Shown: positions 1-10,669 of the stretch, piece after piece
Layout of the letters: every line of letters starts with the position of its first letter
Position numbering within the stretch: the stretch's first letter is position 1
Origin: Vermamoeba vermiformis
Lineage: Eukaryota
Reading direction: 5' to 3'
DNA length: 64,000 nucleotides
Assembly: GCA_045837725.1 (NCBI GenBank)
Contig: JBEWZL010000236.1
Span: 62,001 to 126,000 of the forward strand
Made by a program: the position numbers and the translations under genes
Notes under the pieces: generated by a model
Databases searched by the model: none
Told to the model about the DNA's origin: nothing
What the model saw: only the letters and a program-made list of their open reading frames with translations

Positions 1-37
1 GCTTTATATACGTAATGTAATTACACGGTTGTACACT

Positions 38-839
38 TCATTCCAAAGCACTGTCTACTTTGGCAATTACACTCTTCAAAACTTTCCATTGGTCCTTGCT
101 CAATGCAATACCTAGCGGGCGATTGTTATTAATATATCGCAGAATATAGCTCGCAACACTAGCTACGTACCCTTCTTGCCAGGTTTGCGTTCACCAGACT
201 CTTTGTCGTTGTAATACTCGCGGATGTTGACGAACACTTGGCCTTTGAACTCACTCACGGAGACTGCTTTGTTCTTGCCCAACTAATAGCAATGATATTA
301 ATATGTATTGAGCTGCATAGATGCAATTTAAGAATTCCTCGTGACGTCAGCGCCAGCTCATTAGATAATAATTGTAACCAAAATAATTATATTAACTTGA
401 TGAAATAACTCGATGTTGCCTGCTTTACTTTGGAAATGAGCGTATTGAAGCACTCGGCACGAATGTGAAGGGAAATCTCTGGAGAATAATTCAAAGCACT
501 TACATCCCAGAACTTCTCGCTACTGTCATCGTCCGATTTTTTGCCGCCCTTGGCCTTCTTCGCGGGCCTCTCTTCAGCCTCATCGTCCTACAAATAGGGT
601 AATTAGACGCCAATAACTATATAATTAAATTGCATGGCTTATTTGTTACTATTACGGATGATTCCATTGAAGATCAATTTTAGAATATTTTTTAAATTAT
701 TTGCAGTATAATTGGACGAAGTGTTGATACGTACAGATGCGTCTTTTTTCGAGGAAGACTTCTTTCTCTTCTTAGTTTCCTTCTTCTCCTCTTGTTGTTC
801 AACCTCTTCCGCGCTCTTATCCTTTTCGCTGTCTGACAT
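38..839 (-). CDS. SUB1: Transcriptional coactivator PC4/Sub1 (4 exons: 839-735, 587-504, 282-171, 111-38)
   Basis: Spliced translation is a Lys/Ser/acidic N-terminus followed by [53 protein letters not shown], the PC4 ssDNA-binding domain. All introns are GT-AG and keep frame. Confidence 0.93.
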
Positions 840-907
840 TGTGGCTGTGTTCAAGATGTTGTTGTGGAAATGTAATTATTCTTGTTTGGTTGCAACGGGC
901 AGCACAG
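840..907. promoter_or_regulatory. Putative bidirectional promoter/5'UTRs between SUB1 and MED10
   Basis: Only 68 bp separate the divergent ATGs. Confidence 0.55.
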
Positions 908-1575
908 ATGGAGGAAAAGAGAAAAGAGCTCGAGCAGCATTTAGAGAATTTAATCGAGACTCTACGGCATTGTATCATTATTGTAGAGCAGTTCAAGCCT
1001 GAGGAAAGTCAATCTGTATTCCATGACAAATTGTAAGAATTAATATTTGCGTGCCAGTAATTATTTTAAATACAAAATAGCACCGCAAAATTATGCACGC
1101 GATGGTCCTAATTAATGAGGAATTTTTAGACAAAATGGAGTTATCAACAAGTTTAAAATATTGGACAAGTTCAGGGACGTCTACGACGTTGAAATACCAC
1201 TTGACGTGCTTGAGTAAGTAATATTCGGTACATTAATAAGCATCTAATGGCCCGCAGTTTGATTGATCAAGGACGCAATCCGGATCTGTATTCCAAAGAG
1301 GCTCTAGAAAAGTGCATCAAAATGAACGAAGTATCCAAAGGCAAGATAGATGCCCTCGAGGTATGTGCTACAACACGAAATAGTAACAGCACGGCAGTTC
1401 ACGGCACACTGTCGTGACAGTTTTTTTGAGATCATTGACCACGAAACTCAATCTTTCTCTTCTATAGAAATTTAGAACAGCACTCGAAACAGAGGTTGAT
1501 AGCGCCTTTCCTGAGTACTTGGCGGAGTACAAACGACTCAAACAGAAAGCTCAATCGGATGGAGCAGAAAATTGA
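908..1575 (+). CDS. MED10: Mediator subunit 10 (4 exons)
   Basis: MEEKRKELEQHLENLIETLRHCIIIVEQF...VEIPLDVL/LIDQGRNPDLYSKEALEKCIKMNEVSKGKIDALE/KFRTAL. IP..V...ID.GRNP and KGK are Med10 signatures. Confidence 0.92.
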
Positions 1576-2029
1576 GATCGAATGAAGTTGCAATGTACAT
1601 AATCGTGTAAATAAGAGTCGACAACTAAACCACTACTTGCTTGTATACTTTTCAATGTTTTCTGCTTGATCTGTGTCCTATAGTGCTGATTTCAAATCGA
1701 TTCTGCTGTTTTGAATATTCAAATACAAATTTATTATCCATAGGCCATAAATACAAACACTTGAGCAGTGTGATATCAATGAGTAGGGTCTAAATAAAAT
1801 TATAGTTAGGCTAAGAATAGCAACGGACAATAATTTTGGCGTGTTCGGACAATTCAGATCTTTCACAGAACCACCGAATTAATTTTCATTATTCACAGAA
1901 AAATAGGTTGCAACGTGTAATTGTCCGTAGCATCGGCGATTTACTTGCACATATAAGGGTAATTTTTCGGTCAATTAATAAATTTGCTGTGGACTAGTTA
2001 AAGTCCGATCCGTAAATTTGAGTGTACCT

Positions 2030-2414
2030 TTATTCCTCATCGACGGCCTTGGGGATAGTGTTAAAACGCTTGTGGTAGCTCTTCAAGGCTCCATCTCCGA
2101 GCAACTTGGGGCTCTCAACATCGGGCCAGGCTTGACGGTTGTGCTTAATCCAGCTATGAATTAATTGTTAATAACCGGATTATGAAAAATAAAATAAATC
2201 GTGAGCTTACTAGACATCATTGTGGAGGGCAAATGTGCGGGCAGAGAAGAACAACATTACACCGGTGGCGGCACCGAGTACGGCGTAAATGGGGTAGACC
2301 TGTGATTGCGAAATAAGTTTATCGTCCGAATCAAACCGAATCCCAACTGCTACTTACGGCCGGTTGCTTGATCCAGGTCTTCCAAACCCAGCTGTTCTTA
2401 AGTCCCGATGACAT
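2030..2414 (-). CDS. NDUFA4: NDUFA4/MLRQ/B12D-family small respiratory-chain subunit (3 exons)
   Basis: MSSGLKNSWVWKTWIKQPA/VYPIYAVLGAATGVMLFFSARTFALHNDV/.WIKHNRQAW. It has the P..YP motif, one TM helix and the DV.W motif. Confidence 0.75.
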
Positions 2415-2588
2415 GTTGGTTATGTTAGCGTTTTAATCTCAAAACAAAACCGGCAAAAGTCGACTTTTGTCCAACTAACTTTTGACCGTCAAATTTTTTT
2501 TGCTCCATTTTTGACCGGCAAAACTCTTCTGTTAACTCATTCGAAGTCCGTTGTTGCTATTATTCTGATATATTACTTAAATACCACC

Positions 2589-4035
2589 ATGTTGTCTCGA
2601 TCAGGTATTATTAAAGCTGCGGCTTCTCTCTTGAGCAAGCCCTCCTCACAAACCATTTCGAGTGCATTTGGATCGAGTTTGGCTCGTAAAAGCTCCAACA
2701 AAAACAGCTTTGTAAATAGAAATCAGAATAGTTTGATTAATGGTAGGTGCCCATATTATTATGTGACTAGAAGCTATTGCATCAAGAATCTAATCCCTCA
2801 CGAATTAAAACAAAATTTCTAGGCGGTTAATCGCCTTCCTTAATATCCATACGTATTATATAGCTATTTTTAACATTTATTCCATCAATATAATGAATAT
2901 TCTGCCTAATTCTAAGCCTGTCAAGCAACGCAAATAATAAATCCAACAACAATTTTGCAAGGCGATTAATTACAATTTAAATTTATAAAAGGCGACTAAT
3001 TAAGCAGTATTCAATAATACCACTTATTTCGATAATATTAACGAATATTCGAGATAACTACATCTAGATCTTATTTTCAAGAACCATCTGTTTTAATAGC
3101 TGATTGACGATTTATACATCAATATCGAGGCATTGAATAACGTATTTTTATTATCAGCTATCCAACAGCGACAAGCTAGCGGTGGTGTTAACTTCCCTCC
3201 TATGGGTGACTACAGACGCGAAGGATCTGCTGAGTCTCGCCGTGCTTTCACTTACTTCGTCGTTGGTGCTGCTGGTAAGTTCAAAAATACTTAATGACAC
3301 CTTAATATACAGGAGACACGAGCACAATTCGCAAAAAAATTGTTTTTGTTCGCCCGAACAGCTCGTGCCCCAATGTCACATTTGCCGCTCAGTTCAGTCA
3401 CTAACGCGCACTGCTCGCAGGTGTTGGTCTCGCCTCCACTGCTAAGAACCTCGTCAGCGAGTTCTTGTCCACTATGGGTGCCTCTGCTGATGTCTTGGCC
3501 ATGGCTAACGTCGAGGTATGTCTCATCGCTGTGACAGACGGTTGATGCTATGACGCGGTGGATTGGCGTTAATAGAGCACGTGACTGATGCGTTGCATGT
3601 AGGTCGATTTGAGCACTCTCGCTGAGGGCCAAACTGTCATCGTCAAGTGGCGTGGCAAGCCTCTCTTCATTCGTCACCGCACTGCTGAAGAGATTGAAGC
3701 TGCCAACGACGTCAACTTGGGTGGTAAGTGTCGCGTTGAATGAGCTGTGTTGTGTCACCAACTGACCTTGTCGTGCAGAATTGCGTGACCCTGAGACTGA
3801 CTCTTCGCGCGCCAAGAACCCCGAGTATTTGATTCTTTTGGGCATTTGCACTCACTTGGGTTGCGTGCCTTTGAACGGTCAAGGCGAGTACGGTGGTTGG
3901 TTCTGCCCCTGCCACGGTTCTCACTACGACATTAGCGGTCGTATCCGCAAGGGTCCCGCTCCTAAGAACCTTGAAGTGCCTCCTTATGTCTACGTTGAAG
4001 ACACCAAGGTCTTGATCGGTACCAACGAGGTTTAA
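2589..4035 (+). CDS. UQCRFS1: Cytochrome bc1 Rieske iron-sulfur subunit with mitochondrial presequence (5 exons)
   Basis: [24 protein letters not shown], and Rieske boxes CTHLGC and CPCHGS, followed by GPAPKNL. Confidence 0.98.
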
Positions 4036-4190
4036 ATTGAGATATACAATTAACTACATAACAACTTATTTAACTGCGTCTGTTTATTTTGTGGCTATTC
4101 AAATCAAGAGCACAAAGCCAACAATTTTGTAATAAAATGAATTCAAAGTACGCGTACGTGGTTCGTATTCAAGTAGTGTTGACGAGGTAT

Positions 4191-6409
4191 TTATTTAGCT
4201 TTATCAACATCTGTCTCAGTAATGTCAGGTTTCATCATGGGGTACAGCAGCACTTCCTTGATAGAAAAGTGGTCCGTCAGCAGCATGGTCAAGCGATCAA
4301 TGCCCAAGCCCCAGCCTCCAGTAGGGGGCAAGCCGTATTCGAGGACTTGACAAAAATCTTCGTCTGGCTGACTCAACTTCACTGTCGCTGGATCTGCATT
4401 CGTCTTGGCAGCAGTTTGAGCTTGGAATTGTTTGCGTTGGTACATCGGATCGTTGAGTTCGGTGTAGGCGTTGACAAACTCCATGCCCAAAATGAACAGT
4501 TCAAATCTTTCAACAACTCCTGCCTTGGCTCTGTGTGGCTTTGCGAGAGGGCTGGTAGATGTGGGGAAGTCACACAAGAACGTGGGCTGTTGACACTGTG
4601 GCTCTACAAAGTGCTCTACGAGTGCATCGAACAATCGTGTGCTCGTGAACGGCTCTTCGACTTCAATTTTGTGTTTGCGACACAGAGCTAAGAGTGCAGC
4701 ACTTGAAGCGGGATCATTAACATCTGGGAGTTTAGTGTTCGTGCATCGCTCAATCTCTTCAACCACTGAAATGCGTCTGAAGGGCTGGCTGAAATCAATT
4801 GTAACTTGTGTTGTTTCGGCTGAGGATTCATCTGTAACGCGTTTCTTGTGTGGTACATTGACAGTAATGACGTGTGAGCCTGTGACACTTGTTGCGATCT
4901 GTAAGAAGCAGTTAAGGATAACACAATGCTGTGCAAATGAATGCCAAAGTAATGCCATAAAAGGATATCTTTGAGTATCTCTTGAGTCGTGTTCATCAAT
5001 TTGTTGTAGTCCGAATATGCCTCGTAGAATTCGCACGTCGTAAACTCGGGGTTGTGTGTGGCGTCGATGCCTTCGTTTCGGAAACTTTTGCCAATCTCGT
5101 ACACTTTGTCAAAGCCGCCGACAATAGCTTGCTTCAAAAACAACTCAGGGGCAATACGCAGATACAAAGGCATGTTGAGTGAGTCAGAGTGAGTTTTGAA
5201 AGGCTGGGCAACGGCACCACCTACAAGAATTTAGCACCAGAAACTGGTTTGCTGTTGGCGTTACGTACCGGCTTGAATCTGAAGCATTGGCGTCTCTACT
5301 TCGAGGAATCCCCTGTTGTCTAGATAGGCACGAAGAGTTTTAATGACCTTAGAGCGAGAGATGAAGATGTTCTTGACACCGGGTGTAGTCAGCAAGTCCA
5401 GGTGTCGATGTCTGAAGCGTGTTTCTTTCTCACTGAGGCGACTGAATGAGGGCAAGTCACGCATGCAAGGTGTCAAAAGTGTCAATTCAGTGGCCATGAC
5501 ACTCAGTTCACCTTTGTCTGTGCGTCCTGGAAGACCTTTGACAGCTGTCAATGTGTCATATTAGATCACTCCCGTACAATGTTAAACAGTGGCCCGCTCA
5601 CCAATAATATCACCGCGCTTCAGCAGTTTGTTCATAAAAGTGAACTCGTCTTCGCCGTTGTGTGACTCTGATGGCACATAACGACGTGCCGAGGACATGA
5701 TTTGTACTGTTTGTCCGTCTGAATACAAATCATAAAATATCAACTTCTTGCTCTTTTCGCGCTTGGCTCGAATGCGACCTGTCAATTATGTCCGTTAAAA
5801 CTGTCATTTACAAACCATAGACCGGAACGCACCTCGAAGTACAACAGTTTCAGTCTCGACAACATTTCCAGGCTGTACGGGGCTGTATTTGTCAATGAAT
5901 TGTTTCATTGTGAGTGCGTCAAGCTCTAATGGTGGATAGAGCGCTTTAGTCCCTTTACGTTGCGCGAGTTCTTCTAACTGCTTTTGACGCAGATGATAAT
6001 ACTCTTTTTGACTATCAAATGTCCCTGACTGACTCTTTTCGGTGTTATCTTCTTTCTTATTGGTGGTGTAACTGCGAATAATCAATGCGGATCTGGATCT
6101 GACCGTTGAATTATTTGCTGATTTTATATACATTGATTTTTGGCTGCCTAGTGATGAATGCATTTGTTTGGAGTTATTTATCAGCCTTGAGGCATTGGTG
6201 GATTTTGTGGTGAATATTGAGGGAATTAATTTGGTCAGATCTGCGTAAGTAATCGTATTAATACGGACAAATAAGCGTTATAATAGCGAAAAAAATAAAA
6301 TATAAATAAACCATGCGAATTTGTATTAGTATTTGTTTCGATCCCAGTTAAAATGTGTAAACTCACTCGCTGACTTGACAGCTGCTCGACCCAATATATT
6401 CGACAACAT
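4191..6409 (-). CDS. KARS1: Lysyl-tRNA synthetase class II, probably mitochondrial (about 7 exons)
   Basis: OB-fold (GRIRAKR..KLIFYDL), [41 protein letters not shown] and [15 protein letters not shown]. The N-terminal exon [14 protein letters not shown] starts a long Ser/Arg/Lys-rich, acid-poor presequence. Confidence 0.93.
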
Positions 6410-6524
6410 CTTCAATACAACGCCACTATGTTGTACGTGTTGTTCGTATTATGAATGCAAATAAAACGCGTGGATCTGATTTACAATTTATTTATAAAAC
6501 AACTATTCACATAAAGTACACTTT

Positions 6525-8812
6525 TTAATTCATATTATTATTGTCATCCGTCCGATTCATATTGTTTGTATTTGTAGACGGTGATGTATTCGTGTTACTG
6601 ATGCTGGCTGTGTTGACACTCGGCAGCATAACCGAAGGCCGTTGCGACGAATAATAATACTTTTGTTGCCGCTTGTCCATCCACCGCGCATCTTTGTCCG
6701 TGTCTGGATCCAATCGCTTCAAGTTCTGCTTGATAATTTCAGCCAGTCCGTCCAGCTGATAAAAATCTGCCTCTTTCAACAGCTCCATGTGCAGCAAGTA
6801 ATTGGGCGGCAATATGACTGTGTTGTCGCGCAGGTAGTTGAGAATGTAGCGGAAGTGCGTGCCATCGCGGTCAATGAAGTACGAGCCATCAGAGTCTTGA
6901 ATGAGACCGTAGCGGCCTGAGAACATGGCACTCAACATGGACTGCGAGTCTTTGGTCAGTGTGGCGAGTGACGTGTCGTAGTAGTGTCCGCCAACATTGA
7001 CACGAACTCGCCCTGATTGGCCTTGAATGATCTGCGCCACGACTTTCTTCTGCTGTTCAAACTGTTTGCGCTCGTTCTCCAACACCGCGGCTTGTTCTTC
7101 GCGCCACCGTTCAAAGTCTTCTTTTTCTTCCACGAGCTTTTCAAACTGCAAGCGCATCTTGCTCATTGTTGTTTGCAGCCTCATTTTGATCTGCGCGCAA
7201 GTGTCTTTGTAGTATTTGAGACTCGAATTCTTTTCGCGTTCTTGTGCTCGTCCTGGTGAGGTAGGTCGTGATTTGCTTGTACCATTCGAAGTGTCACTGC
7301 TCGAGCTCGCTGAGTCACGTGATTCTTGTGTCAGTTCTTTGAGCAGACGACCAATCTCTTTGGTCACGTGTTCAATTGTCTCGTTCACTTGCGTCTTGGT
7401 TTCTTCAAAGCTGACTTCTTTCAAAATATCCACGGCCTCTGCGTGGCTGTTAGTATTCATTCCAGTGACATCGTGCACGTTACTTGCCTAGATCCAGCGA
7501 ATACACATCATTCAGTTTCTCGCGCTCTCCTTTGCCACTACCTCCAAATATAATGAAGTAATTGCCTCCAATGGCGGAGGCAAAGTGCGAGCGTGAAGGT
7601 GGTAATTCACCTGTTTGTTTGATTTTGGACCACTTCATGTTCGCTAAAGAGGGTTGTTATGGAATGTTTTAAGAGACTAACTATGCGTACCTAATTCGAA
7701 GATGTAAATGTCATTCGACAAGTTGCGGTGATGAACTCCAAAATCACCGCCGAAAATAATCAATTTGTCACGCACAGCTGCTGCCTGATGAGCGTACATG
7801 CCTACAATAGCTATGTTAGATCTATTGCATGACTTTAAATATGTGCTGATCGTACCAGGAGGTGTGGTGCCAGTGACAATAGGTCTGCTCCAAGTCATCG
7901 TGTCGAAGTGCAGCAGCGTCAAATCATTGTACTTGGTGTGTCCATCAGGGCCTCCATAACCACCGAATATAGCGAGCACGGTGCGGTTGTATTGCAAGAG
8001 TGCACTCACGTGACCGAGTCGCGGACTTGGAGGTTGACCCGAGATGATTGGCTGCGACCAACACATCGTCTCTGTGCGATATGTTAGACACCTTAGTGAT
8101 ATCACGAGCGGTACGTACTGAGATCTAACACGTGCAAGTCATTCAATCGACGACCCTCTTGCGAGAGACCTCCAAACACGATGAGTCTGTTGCCAATCAG
8201 CGAGGCCGTGTGATGAGAGCGCTTCTCAGGTATTTCACCATTGGTCACGACAAACTTCCACTCGAGGGTCTCTATCAAAAGCAATGCGTTATTATTGAAG
8301 GAGACAGCTTGGATAGGGCTGGCTACGCACTCAAATTCAAGAAGTGAACGGTGTTCAGCCGATCTCCATCGAAGCCACCAAATAATACTAATTTGTCCTC
8401 TGTGCTGTTGATAGTCGTGCAATATCGTGCTGTTGGAACATCTCCATGCGTTTCAAGCTTTACCCATTTGGGTTCAGCTGCGTCGAATCCAGGTTAATAA
8501 CGCGCGTTAAGAAGTAAAATAAAATACTTACGATCATCGAAGTCAAATGCATAGAGCTCGTTGAATTTCTCTTTTTCTGATTGGCCAATGCCACCAAATA
8601 CGAAAAATTTGTTGTTCCACGACGTTGCTATTTAAAATCACATTTATAAGCAAGATAAATACGTCATAATTATGTATGCATATTAATATTAGGTATTGCG
8701 TTCAATGTTGCAATAAACGGAACTTGCTAACTTTTAATTAAAATTGAATTTTACCTGCGACGCAATTACGTGGAGGCGGTGAAGTACCTCCCACGTCGCA
8801 CCTTCTCCACAT
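6525..8812 (-). CDS. Kelch beta-propeller + coiled coil + C-terminal KCTD-type BTB/T1 domain protein
   Basis: Repeated Kelch blades (GEIPEKRSHHTA..LIVFGG; GQPPSPRLGH..IFGG; YAHQAAAVRDKLIIFGG) and the T1 domain VRVNVGGHYYDTSLATLTK...YFIDRDGTHFRYILNYLRD. The start MWRRCDVGGTSPPPR is inferred. Confidence 0.85.
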
Positions 8813-9081
8813 TTATGAAACTGACTCCGTGATTTTGCGGTGTAATTTATAAATTGAGATTTTCTGTTAGCGTATCCGCATCTCACAGGATAGTCTTCAT
8901 AGTTAACATCAAATTATAGGACTACTGTTGTGATAAATTGAATCAAGTAAGAGTGAATGTTCGGAAGAAATTTGAATACACAGATAAATTACAGCAAGCA
9001 CGTGCTCATCACTGCTTCTTTTTGACAGCCACAATTTGGTCTTTATATACAACTTCCTATTATACAGCGTGGTTTGTCATA

Positions 9082-10256
9082 TTACTCATCGAGGTCCTCG
9101 GCATTGTTCGCCTCTTCATCGGCCAGTTCTTCAGCACTCGGAGCTGGTACTGGTTCGCCTTTGAGTCGTGCTTGGTACTCGCGCCACTCACGATCGAGTC
9201 GCGGTGCATTCTTCACGATCCAGTTCATAGCGAATGGACCCGCTAGACTCTGTTTGGCAAAGCACCTGTAGAACCCGTCGGGGTCAACACCTGAACAGCA
9301 AAGTGAGCTTTAGCGTCTTATTTGCAGCTGTCTATGCGTTACTTACGTTGCATCTCAAGCAGCTGAATGTCCACGATTGGTTGACTGGCCAGTTCAAAGT
9401 CCGCAAATTTGAGCTTCAATGCCTCGAGTGCAGCGTTGTCGAAGGGTTTGCGTGCGACTTTGCGTGCATTAGTGAACCTCTTCTTTTCGAACTTGGTCTT
9501 GTAGAGCGTGGCGTGCGGAGTGAACTTGGTGGCTGACTCAGTGAGCAGTGTTGGGTGCAGTGCACTGATGTGTGCGTGCAGCTCACGCACGAACTTGGTC
9601 AGATGTTCAGCGAAGGCCTTGCCCTCATCAGTGCTCTCTTCTAGTCCCGACCACAGCACGAATCTCTTTGTCGTGGGGTCTCCAAAGTGTCCCAAGCCCT
9701 TGACGCGCATGGTGCTAGAATCAAGCGTTAAAACATGTTAACACAAGCAGCACGAGGCACTTACAATTTACTGCCCGAAGCAGTAGTGTCAGCAGTGCTA
9801 TCCGCGGCCTTGTTTGTCAGATTGACAGCCTCGCCCCAATATTTGGAGTAAAGTTCTTTCGCGCTTGTCAAGGCGTTTACTATTTTCTGGATGTCTTCGC
9901 TGGTGTTCAATCTCAACACAAACATCGTTATATGCATTTTTTCTCTGAACGTATTCAGTCGCTTATCATCATAGCCATCATATTCACTGCAAGACAATAT
10001 TAATTATTTTCTACAATATTATTTAATTTTGCATAATTAGCAACACTCACCAGAGGACTTTATGAATTTCGCGAGCAGTTTCTTTGCAATTATGAAGCCT
10101 CAAGGCTAAGAAAAAGTTTGGTCTTTTCATAGCCTGGTCGTTGGCGGGTGCACGGTTCTGAAATCCGCGCTGTTGGAATCTTGCTTGACTGTTCGTGCTC
10201 ATGGGAGGTTGCGTGGTGTTCAGATTAGAATTATTAGTGTTATGATCGTGCTCCAT
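9082..10256 (-). CDS. AKAP7/ASCC1-like 2H phosphoesterase (4 exons)
   Basis: RPNFFLALRL, two catalytic HxT motifs (KMHITMFVLRL, FTPHATLYK), and C-terminal QLLEMQRVDPDGFYRC resembling the AKAP7 central domain. Confidence 0.8.
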
Positions 10257-10669
10257 GTTTGTTACAAAGGACGCTAAATGTCCTTTTGATTCCTCTCAGA
10301 ATTTTGTGGTTGCGGTCCACAACGGCAGAGAAAAAACAACGAAACTTGTTTGGTCGAAAGACCTCTATGAAACTTCATCTCCTTTTAGTAGCATAATGGT
10401 ATACTGGATTGAGGTAATCTACTATGCATTGCACGGATTCCTTTCGTTCCCGCTTGCTGCGTATATTAAAATGCCGAAAGTATATTTAAATGTAAATTAG
10501 CTGTCATAAATCTACAAAATTAATATAAGAGTTGGTGGTCCCTAAAAATTTTCGATTTACCAAAACTAAAAATCGCACGCTGCGGGTTGGTCAACTGTCA
10601 CGTGCGTGGGCTGTCCCTCTCGGTTGCTGCAATATTTAATTTACCATCTGTAGAAATAGGAAAACTATA

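Noticed and set aside
1576-2029. AT-rich gap with a short ORF (1678-1866)
   Set aside because: No ATG-led recognisable product or RNA motif. It is best read as 3' UTR or intergenic sequence.
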